A stretch of DNA of 63,756 nt, counting the filler, from Klebsormidium nitens (Eukaryota > Plantae > Klebsormidiophyceae): the NCBI GenBank assembly GCA_000708835.1. It is 5 parts of 5 records of this genome, joined end to end, with 100 filler letters (N's around TTAATTAATTAA, not from the genome) between each part and the next. Parts side by side here need not be neighbours in the genome. Positions count along the whole stretch, not along the records: positions 35,325 to 59,340 come from DF237098.1; positions 59,441 to 62,405 come from DF238619.1; positions 62,506 to 63,756 come from DF238385.1; 2 more parts are not named here. One strand, written 5' to 3'. Below the pieces are notes generated by a model that saw only the letters and a program-made list of their open reading frames with translations, searched no databases and was not told the DNA's origin. This document shows, piece after piece, positions 53,830 through 63,756 of this stretch. Both the position numbers and the translations under genes were made by a program. How positions within the stretch are numbered: the stretch's first letter is position 1; each line of letters starts with the position of its first letter.

Positions 53830-56800
53830 TAGCAGTGAGACCCACGTACGGCCATGACTTATCGCCGATGTGCTGGGACCAAACTGTTGAACCAGGCCCA
53901 ATAAGTGCAACAAGTTTGCAAGGTGCCGCCTCTGCTCTTGTCCCATGATCCCTTATCGTGCTTTAAGAGAAGTTCTCCCAGTACAATCTCATCCGCTTGG
54001 GTGAGCCAGGTGTCGGTCTCTTGCCCGAAGGTTTCGAATGACGTGCAATTTCGACTTTCTTCAGATCTCGTATCTCCACAAAAGGAGCTCGAAATGGCGC
54101 TCTCGTCGTTTTGCTTTGCTTTCACAATAATCCAAATGTTTCCGCCCAGAAAGGCAGTGGGCGAGACTTGGGGCCGTCGGACTCGAGCTCCTTCAAGGAC
54201 CTTCTGAAGATACGTCTTGGCTGTCGCTTGGTGACACTTTCTTCCCGGCTAGCTTGAAGATTCGGATATTTCAGGAGCCTTGCCCCGTTGACCATCAAAT
54301 GGTTCACAGAAGACTCCGGCGATGACGACCAAAGTGCATGGGATCACCATCTCATGGATGACACGTCGCTTTCGTTCTGATGCCGCTGGTGAGTCACAGT
54401 CTATTCTGTATTGACACAGAGTTAGTTGCGACGCCCCGTTGACTTTTCGATCATGACTCAAGCTGGTCTGTTCTCGGTTTCAACGCTTGCAAAGCGGCCC
54501 TTTCGTTGCTTCATTGCGGCAAGCTTTTCGCGCTTTGTGAGTCTGTCCTTGTAAGTGGCGATATAGCTGGTTAATCAGGGAGGTGCCTTTCCGTTCGAAG
54601 GGGGATTTGCATGCCCTCCATCGCCGATTCTTGAATAAATTTTCCGCCTCCGACCAATCGATCACTTGAATCACATGAGTGCCAGGTTGGCGTACCTTAC
54701 TGCGTACCTTACGCCAACCTGCGTACGCCGTACCTTACTGCGTACCTTGCTGCCGGCGGACGCAAGGCCTTTGAAGTTCAGCGAAGCAGAAACGTCTGCC
54801 TGTGCCAGTCTGAGGAAGGCCCGGGGTTGCGACGAGAGCCTACGATGAACCCTCAAGCCAACTTTTACACTCCTTTTGGTGTCCTTGTTTCCGTTTTAAC
54901 GGTACCGTTTGTGCGTAACCCTGCTCAGTTTTTCTCGACCATGAGCTGCTACTGTGAAAAGTTTGGGGTTCTGTCGAACCTTCAAGGCAAGTCCGTACCG
55001 ACATACTGAGCTTTGAAGCCCATTTGTAGTTGCAGGGCAGATGACTATGAGCTGACGCCGTCAATTCCACTTTGAGATCGCGCTCCGTCTTAAATTCTGA
55101 AGACTCGGTTTCCGCCGTTTGCTCGTTCTTCAGTCACGAGCAATCTCGTGGGTAAATAACTGTCTGATATCGTTTTCTGTGTCTCCAGCTAGACGAGCTG
55201 AAATCAGATTCATCGTTCTGACGTTTACTTCACTCGTTCTGCCAGCCGTTCTCGCCTTCTCCATCTCTGACTTTCAGTTCTCTGATAGCTGTTATAGAAC
55301 TTACGGCGTCCCTGCAATGAGAACCGCTTGGCCACTTTTCTTCCCTCCCTAGATCTCCAAAAATACCTCAGACACCGTGGTAACAAGTGCATGAAGCCGT
55401 TGTTCCCAAAATCTGCTCAACTCATTGGGCTGAAGTTCAACTCCCCCCTCGACGCGCCCAGCAAAGCGCTTGCCCGAAGCGCCCGCGTTTTAATTCCATC
55501 CCCGCGCGCTCTCGCCGCTTTGTGTGGCAGATGCTGACATCACTCTGCCAGGGCCCCGGCCCGGGGCCTGAGCCACGGAGAACCTCTTCGACTTCCCGTA
55601 CCACCAGTGCACCACGAGCGCGCGCGCGCGCGCGTCGCCATCCCGTACCATCACGCCGGGGGGGCCGTCCACATAGAGTGGGCAGCAAAAAAGTGACACC
55701 AGCTTGCGAATGGCGACGGGCGACCGATGCTTTGGACTTGCTGCCGAAGGTGCACACTTGCGAATTCGTATGTTGATTATCGCAATCCTCTTAATGCTTC
55801 TACAGTGCGCTTCGAAGCTTCACCCTAGTCAGTACACGTGTTTCCTAGCCAGGCATATCACCGTCTAAGTTAGATTCATAGTGGCTATGATGATGGACCG
55901 AATGGGAAAGGAGACTCCAGGTGCGTACACTACGTTCCAGAAGCCAGCACGTATTCCCCATACCATCTTTCTTTCTTCGACGTGTCATATGCCTTCTTCT
56001 ACACGTGTGAGACTTAACCCGGCTCCGCACCCCGTGACAGGATCCTGCGGGTCTAGTCATTGCCTGTCGCATGACACACCCTGTTGCTTCAAATGATCTT
56101 ACATTTTTGCAGTCTGAGCTCTACTTATGATATGAAAGCCCTGAGCTTGAGTTTACGCTCCTAGATCGGCTCCGCCCACGCGTCTACTGGCTCATTAACT
56201 TCAGAGGTGGACGGTCAGCTTCAAAACCACCTTCTCCGTCGACCATCTGCTTCAAACTTGCGAACGCAAATGGTCCGAATTGGCTATGACGCATAGTCTG
56301 GGCAAAGGGCCCAGGATGGTAAACATAGGCCTGGGATAGCTTGCCAAATTTGCGCGGCCGCACACGTCTTTTCTCAACGGAGATTTTTCCAGTAGATTTG
56401 ATGACCTGAGAATGAAGCCCAATTGCATTTTTTGCCGCATGCCACTTGGAGACATTTCACAAATTGGTCTTAGATTTGGCGTCTTTCACAAGATCATTGG
56501 CCGAGAAATTTGCTGATTGGGCAGGGCATAATGCAGGAATCTTGGCTGGACAATCTCGTGTTTCCAAGTGAAGGCAGCCCAAGAAATTTGCTTTCAGCCC
56601 TGTTTTTGCGGCGTTCAAACATTGCAGAATTACTTCGTCTGCCATCTGATCAGAGGAACTCCCGGCCATCCAATCCCCACATTCCATTTGCATGTCCGAC
56701 CCTTCCGTCTACCTTGGGTAGCGCTTTGGTTGGAACATTGTGCTCATATTCTTGGTAGCACTTCTCGCTTCGGTTCGCAGCGAGCACTCGACTCTTTGAG

Positions 56801-59340
56801 TCGCACATGTCCTCTGACTTCGCGATGTGACACTTGCTGAGGGAAGGCGCAATATATTCCACGCTTTCCAGCCCCACTGCAAAGTCCTACCCCTTAACAT
56901 TTATCCTTTTCTACTACATCTTCAGACGTCTTCAGACGGATCAGAAGCGCCTGATAATTCGCAGGCGCTCACTGCCAGTGGCCGGCGTTCTCTAATACTT
57001 TGGTGTCCGCTGCAACTTGTCATTGCATGCTTATGTAGCTGGCACGTCTTTGACCTGCTTCAAAATTTTATCACGTTCTTTGTACAATTGACCACTTTAC
57101 GTCTTCGATTCGGTGTTACGACATGCTTTGTCAATGATGACCAACTGGGGGAAGTTGTTCCACATCGAGACGTTTCCAACCGATGTCACTTGTCTTCACC
57201 CCTTGATCTTTGGCTTTGCGGTTCGCTCGCATCTTTCTCAGTGGCTATGACTACGAGGCTGGGACAGGCCCAACTGCACTAGCTCGATCGGTGTGCGCAC
57301 GCCACGTGCCGCCTACTCACGGCGCTTGCGTGCTCCCTACGACGTCTATAGTTTCTTCACTGATACTTGTTTCCTAGTTTTTTCTGGACATTGTAAAGCT
57401 GTCAATAGTGCGAGTAATCCACCTCGCAAGCGACTTTATTTTGCGCCCCTTTCTGGCCGTGACAACTCTCACTGGGTTGCTCCCAAGGCCAATTGGGGGA
57501 ACTTGTGAGATGGAGGCCAGAAGAAGTAAATGGGTCCGCTGTTGGTTGATGTGAGCATCTCTTTGCTTTTGAGAATTCTTTGGTAGGAAGGAAGCGGGCA
57601 GTGGGCCATCACGTCTGAAAGAAGACGCGTGGAGAGCCCGTTCCTGCTTTTTATCTTGTGCTAGCTGGCTTGATTGTTCCCATCCGATATTTCTCCTTCT
57701 CGACAACGTTTGTTGTTGTTCAGCTTTTTACGAGTGTGCACAGTATGTTGTACGCGTTTCCGAAACAGACTTTCGTTGAGCGAGGGCATTCGCACGCTGG
57801 TCAGATGAATCAGCGCAGGATCAGCTGCCGTCGCGCATGATTTGAACATCTGGTTGAATTAGAAACTTTGCGGTTTGGGGTAGTCTCTTGGTTTGTGTTG
57901 AACTGTTGGTCGTTGGCTCATTGAACAATCGCTTCTTACATGATTCCGCATCAGCCTGTCTCCGCTAACCAGCTCGATTTGTGAAAAGTACTTTATTTCA
58001 TATTTGTCAGCCGTCGCTCGAGGTTTCGAGCAACAGACCTGTCTCGTGTTTTGCGGTCCTTTTGATATCAGCTAACTTCATCAGACGCCTTTAAATGTCA
58101 CTGATTGACACCATGGTTTAAAACAGAAAGTAGAAGATGGTGTTGTGTTCAGAGCTATATATAGCGTCTCTTCTTCACCTCTTTCTCACATGTGAATCTT
58201 GTCGAGCTGAGTGGATTCTCTTCTGCACGAATCAGTCGCCACAGGGGACAGCTGGCGATGACGACCAAAAGTGGGAGTGTGCACAGTCTCACCGCTTACA
58301 GTGTTTGAACTTTTCAGACGCTAGTTGCACGTGCCGTATGTGGGTTTTAATTTTGCTGTCATTTCTTACTTAAAACTGCATTATTACCTTTCTCCAGCTT
58401 GCGTGGACGACCTAGGGAGCTCAACGGACATGTAAAAGCAGCATAAGCAGATTGAGAGCAAGTACACTCTGGTGTTCCGCTCTTGTTCATGTGAGATGAG
58501 ATGGAGATCTTCTTTACCCGTCTCGGTGGTACCTGATCTCATACCAAAGGTTTTCGTCCCGGTCCTTATGTGGTGCTTTTCTTTAACTTTACCTTCGCCA
58601 CACACATGTATTTACCTCTAATCAGCACTTCAGTACACGCCGCCTCCTCTTTTCCGGCTGATCGCGACATGTTCCGTCGCTACCAATGGAATCAAGCGTT
58701 CTTCGATCTATTGGAAACATCTGCGCTTTAATGGGAAGGATAGGGGTAATGAGAGGTCCGCACTTCGGACTCGTCCAACTCGCTGATACCTTTAGTTTGA
58801 TTTTCGTAACGTCCCGGAAAGGGTTTCCGCTTCACCCAATCCTTCCGTCCATAAGAGGGCGTGCTCCACGGACCTTCTCTGCCTCCTTCCTTCCTGCCGT
58901 TTGAATCTCTCTCGTGCTGTAAGGAATTCGTTTGAGCCCTACCCGGGTCCACGCTAGCAGCTAGCACCCCTTTTTGTTTGCCGTTTGCTCCTACCGTGTT
59001 GGATTGATCCTACTTATTCAACGGAACTGTAAGTTTTTCCATGCGAGCATAAGCTTGAGTATTTGCTCTATGAATGCGTCCAAGCTAGGGCTGACACCGG
59101 AAGTGACCTTCACCTCTTACACCAATCTCGCGCCGTCATCTGACGTATCTGCGCGCACGGTTATGTGGCGATGACGCAATGTCTGGGACCGCCGCGGCCC
59201 ACTGAAGCTACTCGACGAGGCGCTGATGCCACAGTATCCGTGCTTTACGTCCTCTCCATCGCAGATTTTCCAGCGTGCCGCCCAGGTGCCGCAAGCTGCC
59301 GGCGGCAGTTACGGCACATGCCGTCAGGGTGTGCCGCTCC

Positions 59341-59440
59341 NNNNNNNNNNNNNNNNNNNNNNNNNNNNNNNNNNNNNNNNNNNNTTAATTAATTAANNNN
59401 NNNNNNNNNNNNNNNNNNNNNNNNNNNNNNNNNNNNNNNN
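59341..59440. other. Assembly linker N44-TTAATTAATTAA-N44
   Basis: Linker at 59385-59396. Confidence 0.97.
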
Positions 59441-60019
59441 ATGATTGCGCTACCATACATCTTAGCCTTGGTGGCATAATTACAATTAATTATGTCACAT
59501 CAATACTGGCCACATGTCGACACGTCGACAAACTGGCAAACCCGAAGGTTTAAACTGCCGTGCGATTGTGCGGTTAGACTTAACCATAGCCCAATCGTCA
59601 CACATACGGCTTTGATCGTTTACATGAGTTTCACCAAGCGTTTGCGTGAAACACGCAGAAAGTGTAAGAGGGGTTCAAACCCAGGCAGAACTGTACCCCC
59701 TACGGTTGTTTCTTGAGATCCAGAATGTCCCGAGATCCGGAACCTGAATCGAGTCTGTACGCTATTTTCCACACTTGTCCTCCCTGGGGGGGCCGCGCTT
59801 CTTATTGCAGCGCGTGCCCACATCGTCATTGGCGGATTTGGCAATTGGAGCAGATAGCTCTGGAGAGTGGCAAGAGTTTAAACTTTAAGGAACTTATGCT
59901 AAAAGTTCAACCATGGTTTTTGAGGTGTGTCCAATTGCATTGAAAACCTCGCACGCTTGTGCGAGGCGATGAAAAGTGGAAGAGATCCCCGCTCGGAGTG
60001 TATTTACACTTTTTTCAGT

Positions 60020-60808
60020 AACTCGATCAAGTGTGTTTGGTTTCTAATGGCCCTTCACCACCCGTTCCGTGGTTGAGTGTCAACCCGGAACCCATCAGAT
60101 AATTAACTACCTACGTTCCATAGCCTTTTGTGAGCGCTCCGGGGATCTCCGAAGTAATCAGGTTGTTACGCTCGCATGAGTGTAACAATCTGATGAAGTA
60201 AATTACCTGTAAATTAGTTGTTTTGAAGTGCGAACCGGTTTGTTTGCCAGTCGACGGTTTGTTAGCAAATGATGTTCTCAGTCACACTTGCTGAGCCACC
60301 GGACGTTATCGATTGTATAATGTCGGAGTGGGTCTTTGCGGTCCAATTGAAATTGAGAAGATGCATCCATCGGCTGGAGAGTGATAACGCTCCAAGAATC
60401 AGGTCTGTGACGTAAGCAAACGAGACTCAAAGCATATCTATCTCTTTGGCTAGAGATTTTGCCTTTTGGTAGATAAAACCCTTTCGAACCGAAGGTGAGG
60501 CGGGTGGTGGCATAAGCGGAATCAAATTGAGTACGAATAATCAAGGAATCCCATTTCTCGTAAACCGGGTGGACAATGTTTTTGACCACTTCTGACCTGC
60601 CGTTTTTGTATGTCCGGAGTTTCAGGGGACATGATTTATAAACCGAAGACACGTATTTCAGCAGGCAGGCATCTAGTTCTGTAAGTCCGCCGTTGAAGAA
60701 ACAATACAAATTGACAAATTGTGAGATGAGCGGAACCGTGGGGTTTTTAAAAGTCGTGTTGTAGCTCAACCGTCAACACACCTTACTCGTCCGACCACCA
60801 GAATTCAT
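60020..60808 (-). pseudogene. Intronless HNH/ββα-metal-like nuclease-domain pseudogene, possibly viral or mobile in origin
   Basis: ORF 60278-60769 ends QFQLDRKDPLRHYTIDNVRWLSK, resembling the phage/large-DNA-virus 'S[IL]DRID..KGY..GN.RW' motif. In-frame ATG at 60808 is followed by a premature TGA. After a frameshift the reading continues ANKPSTGKQTGSHFKTT...LLHSCERNNLITSE. Confidence 0.55.
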
Positions 60809-61329
60809 GGTTCAGCCACCCTTACAAAGCTCTCATTCAGCTCAGTGTGCTAAGCCTTAGTGCTAGCTTGTTAGTGCAGGTAATATTGCACATATATTTC
60901 CTTACATTTCTTGGGCACGTCAAGCTCCAACATGGGCATTGCCTTGGTCAGACTCCTTGATCAGAAGCTCAGTGCCTTTGAGGTGTGCATCTGGCATTCT
61001 TGCACAGCATCTACTTCATGAGCTGGTAATACTTGTAATAAGGAGCTAGATCGACAAAGGTGCTGTGGGCCATATTGCATCTACCAGATCTACAGTGCTT
61101 TACCTGAGAGACGCTTCGCTGGCTGTGGAAGCTGCCAGACCTGGGGCAGACCTGCAACCGTCCAAGATGAGACTCTAGGTAGCAGTGTTCCAGGCTGTGA
61201 CGAGCCTGGCTTGGTGTTGCTCTCAACATTAAAGCGCCTCAGATCAGTACCATCATTGAGCATTTCCAGCGACGTGCTGGATTTTCAACGGGCTCTTCAA
61301 GGATCTTTTGATGCTTTTCTGGCATGGGA

Positions 61330-61690
61330 TTCTTGGCTTTTGCCGGTGCCCTACAGCCTTTCTGGCTAGAAGCCTTTCCGGCTGTATGCCTTTCTGGCAA
61401 GATACGAAAAAGCCTTTCTGGCTGTATGCCTTTCTGGCAAAACAAAAGAAAGCCTTTTTGGCTTACAGCCTTTCCGGCTCTTAATTCTTCCAACTCGGGC
61501 CAAGCAAGCCTTTCAAGGGCATTTCCATGGCAGCCTTTCTGGCTCAAAAAGTCACAGGTACCCTACAAGTCTTTCAAGCTCAAGCCTAGCCTCTCCGGCT
61601 CTCAGCCTTCCTAGCTTTCACAAGTTTCAGCTCTTCCAACTCGGGCCAAGCAAGCCTTTCAAGGGCATTCATGTGGCAGCCTTTTTGCCT
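61330..61690. repeat. Degenerate AGCCTTTC(T/C)GGC repeat cluster with a ~39-bp internal direct repeat
   Basis: About ten GCCTTT(C/T)(T/C)GGC units; TCTTCCAACTCGGGCCAAGCAAGCCTTTCAAGGGCATT occurs at ~61486 and ~61632. Confidence 0.8.
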
Positions 61691-61901
61691 TGACGATTCC
61701 ACTTGCATCCTCTTGCAGATGCAGATTTCTCTTCAAGCCCTTGGATATACACGCCTGTGCTTGTTGAGTCTGTGTGTATGCAATGCACACTTTCTCCACG
61801 TACCTCTGTTTCAAGTGACTGCTATCATTGCATTCAACTCTGGTAAAGTTGCTTGCAGCTTGCGCTACGGATGGATTCAGTAGTGAGTTGTTGGCTCCGC
61901 C

Positions 61902-62059
61902 GGGCGCCAACAAGCGAGTTGCCTGCTTGCGAGCACACCTCCCATATCAACAACTTCAGGGGTACCTCAAGTCCGCGGAGGGGCGCCAACAAGCGAGTTG
62001 CCTGCTTGCGAGCACACCTCCCATATCAACAACTTCAGGGGTACCTCAAGTCCGCGGGG
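61902..62059. repeat. Near-perfect 79-bp tandem duplication
   Basis: GGGCGCCAACAAGCGAGTT...CTCAAGTCCGCGG at 61902-61980 and 61981-62059. Confidence 0.92.
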
Positions 62060-62405
62060 GGCTACAACGTCCACTATGCAAAGACCTCTAGATTTGAATA
62101 GAACGTTTGGTACTAAACAGTGTTGTAGAGGGAGGTGTAGATAGTGCTGAGAATGCATATCGTTTAATATCGTAAGCAATTCTTGCTAAATGAAGCCATT
62201 ACGGTAGTAAGATCTTGCAGGTAGCTCAATAGCTTGTTGGACAAAACACGGCCCTGACCCCATGTACTCAATGAAGCCCCATGTGCTTCGGTACGGGCTT
62301 TATAATGTGATGTATGTATGTATGTATGTGTAACGGCACGACTGCGCACCGACTCCCGGCTGCGCGCTGAACTCGCGGCCGCGCATCGTCCGTTATTATA
62401 CGCTA

Positions 62406-62505
62406 NNNNNNNNNNNNNNNNNNNNNNNNNNNNNNNNNNNNNNNNNNNNTTAATTAATTAANNNNNNNNNNNNNNNNNNNNNNNNNNNNNNNNNNNNNNN
62501 NNNNN
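62406..62505. other. Assembly linker N44-TTAATTAATTAA-N44
   Basis: Linker at 62450-62461. Confidence 0.97.
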
Positions 62506-63756
62506 AGACATGCGCCACCTTAATTCTGTCTTATCTTGGCTGCTGAGTACCCCAAAGCGCGCTTGAGCATGTCACTGCTGCTGGTCGTCTGAACCTCTGC
62601 AGCGTGCTTGTCGAAGACTCTGTTGCATTCGCGCTGACAAATCAGTTTTGGCCTTGTGCAGCGGCTGCGGGTCCAAGCACCACAGGAACTGGTGAGTCAC
62701 ATGCTTCTCTGCACCTCTCCCCCCATGTTGCTATGGTAGTTTCCTCTGGAAGACTTTGTTGCTGCAGGTGGTTATGGTGATCCACTTTGGTATGTGTTTG
62801 GATAGCTCCCTTTGCTTCCCAGGTTGTTTCATTTGTCAGGCAAGGCGTTGCTTCAATTTGAAGGGTGGAGGCAGGTTTTTGCAAGTGCCGCTGCTTCCGA
62901 GCCTGACGGGTTTGGTTTTGGAAGGAAGCTCTCACAAGAATTCAGCACCTATCCAATTGCTATCGTGCATGCCAGTCAATTGGCAGAGTGCCGGAGTTCA
63001 TGGTGGGCGCAGTGACTCACACCACCCCTCCAGTGCATTGGTGTCTGTTTCCGGAGTATGTCCCTCTGCTTCCCCGCGTTGATTCACTTGTCTGGCCAGA
63101 ATGACTTCAACTCCTCCCTGAGCTGGGTGTTTGGTCGCTGCACCCAAGGCAGCCTCTGATTGGGGCAAGAGGATGCTCCAACGTACTTTGAGGAACTTAA
63201 ACCCCAGGAAGTCACCTGTTGCATCCTCTGGGTTGAAAGCAACGAAAGTGATTGCTCAGCGGTTTGTTTTTAGGGCCTACATGCAGGGGGTTTGAAACGC
63301 AGGCTACCCAATCCACAGGATTTTGGCAATCTGTAGTTCGCCCACGAAGAGCCTTGATTGCCTACAATGTACCTAGAAATCTAAGAGACTCAGAGACTTC
63401 CACAGCTCATGAAAATTCCGAAGCTCTTGTTCTTGTTGTTGCAGATGCACCTCAGCCTGCCCAGCAATCGCAGCTTCCAGAAGAACTTCTAGGTGAGGTT
63501 TGAGGATTGCACTGGTTTCAGCTTTTGCAGACACGTTACTGCAAGATTGGCAAAAAAGAAGGGTTCTGTTGCAAGCAAACGACTTAATGTTTGGTGCGAG
63601 GTACCAGCTTCATGTGATAGACCAGCTGCATGTTTTGAAGAACCACCCTTCAGTGTCCGGTCAGGTGAAGAATCAGAGCCTGGCATTTTTGGTGAGAATA
63701 CTTCATGTTTGTGTTGTAGCGTTCCTTCGACGCGCTATGCAGAAGGAGACGTCTCT

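Noticed and set aside
59669-59683. tRNA or SINE based on a B-box-like GGTTCAAACCC
   Set aside because: No A box, cloverleaf or poly-A/T tail.
62506-63756. Coding gene in the last contig
   Set aside because: Only short, stop-interrupted, low-complexity frames with no recognisable domain.

Overview
This is eukaryotic nuclear DNA, not a prokaryotic window. It has multi-exon GT-AG genes, GC-rich third codon positions and plant or green-algal gene content. My inference is a streptophyte alga such as Klebsormidium; this is unverified. Four artificial 100-bp linkers (N44-TTAATTAATTAA-N44) and one N19 gap split it into separate contigs. Six spliced genes were reconstructed by hand: a plastid-type CBS-pair protein (+), RPL37 (-) and RPS15A (+) head-to-head on a short symmetric promoter, a conserved Cys-motif protein of unknown function (+), a plant O-fucosyltransferase-family protein (-), and the 3' half of a PHT4/ANTR anion transporter (+). 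RPS15A intron 1 holds a C/D-box snoRNA whose guide matches 25S rRNA (snR61/U38-like). Mobile DNA comprises a decayed Ty1/copia element with a nested solo LTR (5-bp TSD), a related longer LTR, a 275-bp MITE upstream of the CBS gene, and a 2.1-kb non-autonomous Mutator-like element (10-bp TSD) carrying repeated 20-bp palindromes. Also present are an old ~3.2-kb tandem duplication of a decayed gene, an HNH-like and possibly virus-derived pseudogene, and three intronic 'echo' copies of neighbouring exon sequence. Most ORFs in the supplied track are spurious shadow ORFs. No CRISPR array, tRNA or rRNA was found, and I do not see a convincing new multi-gene system.
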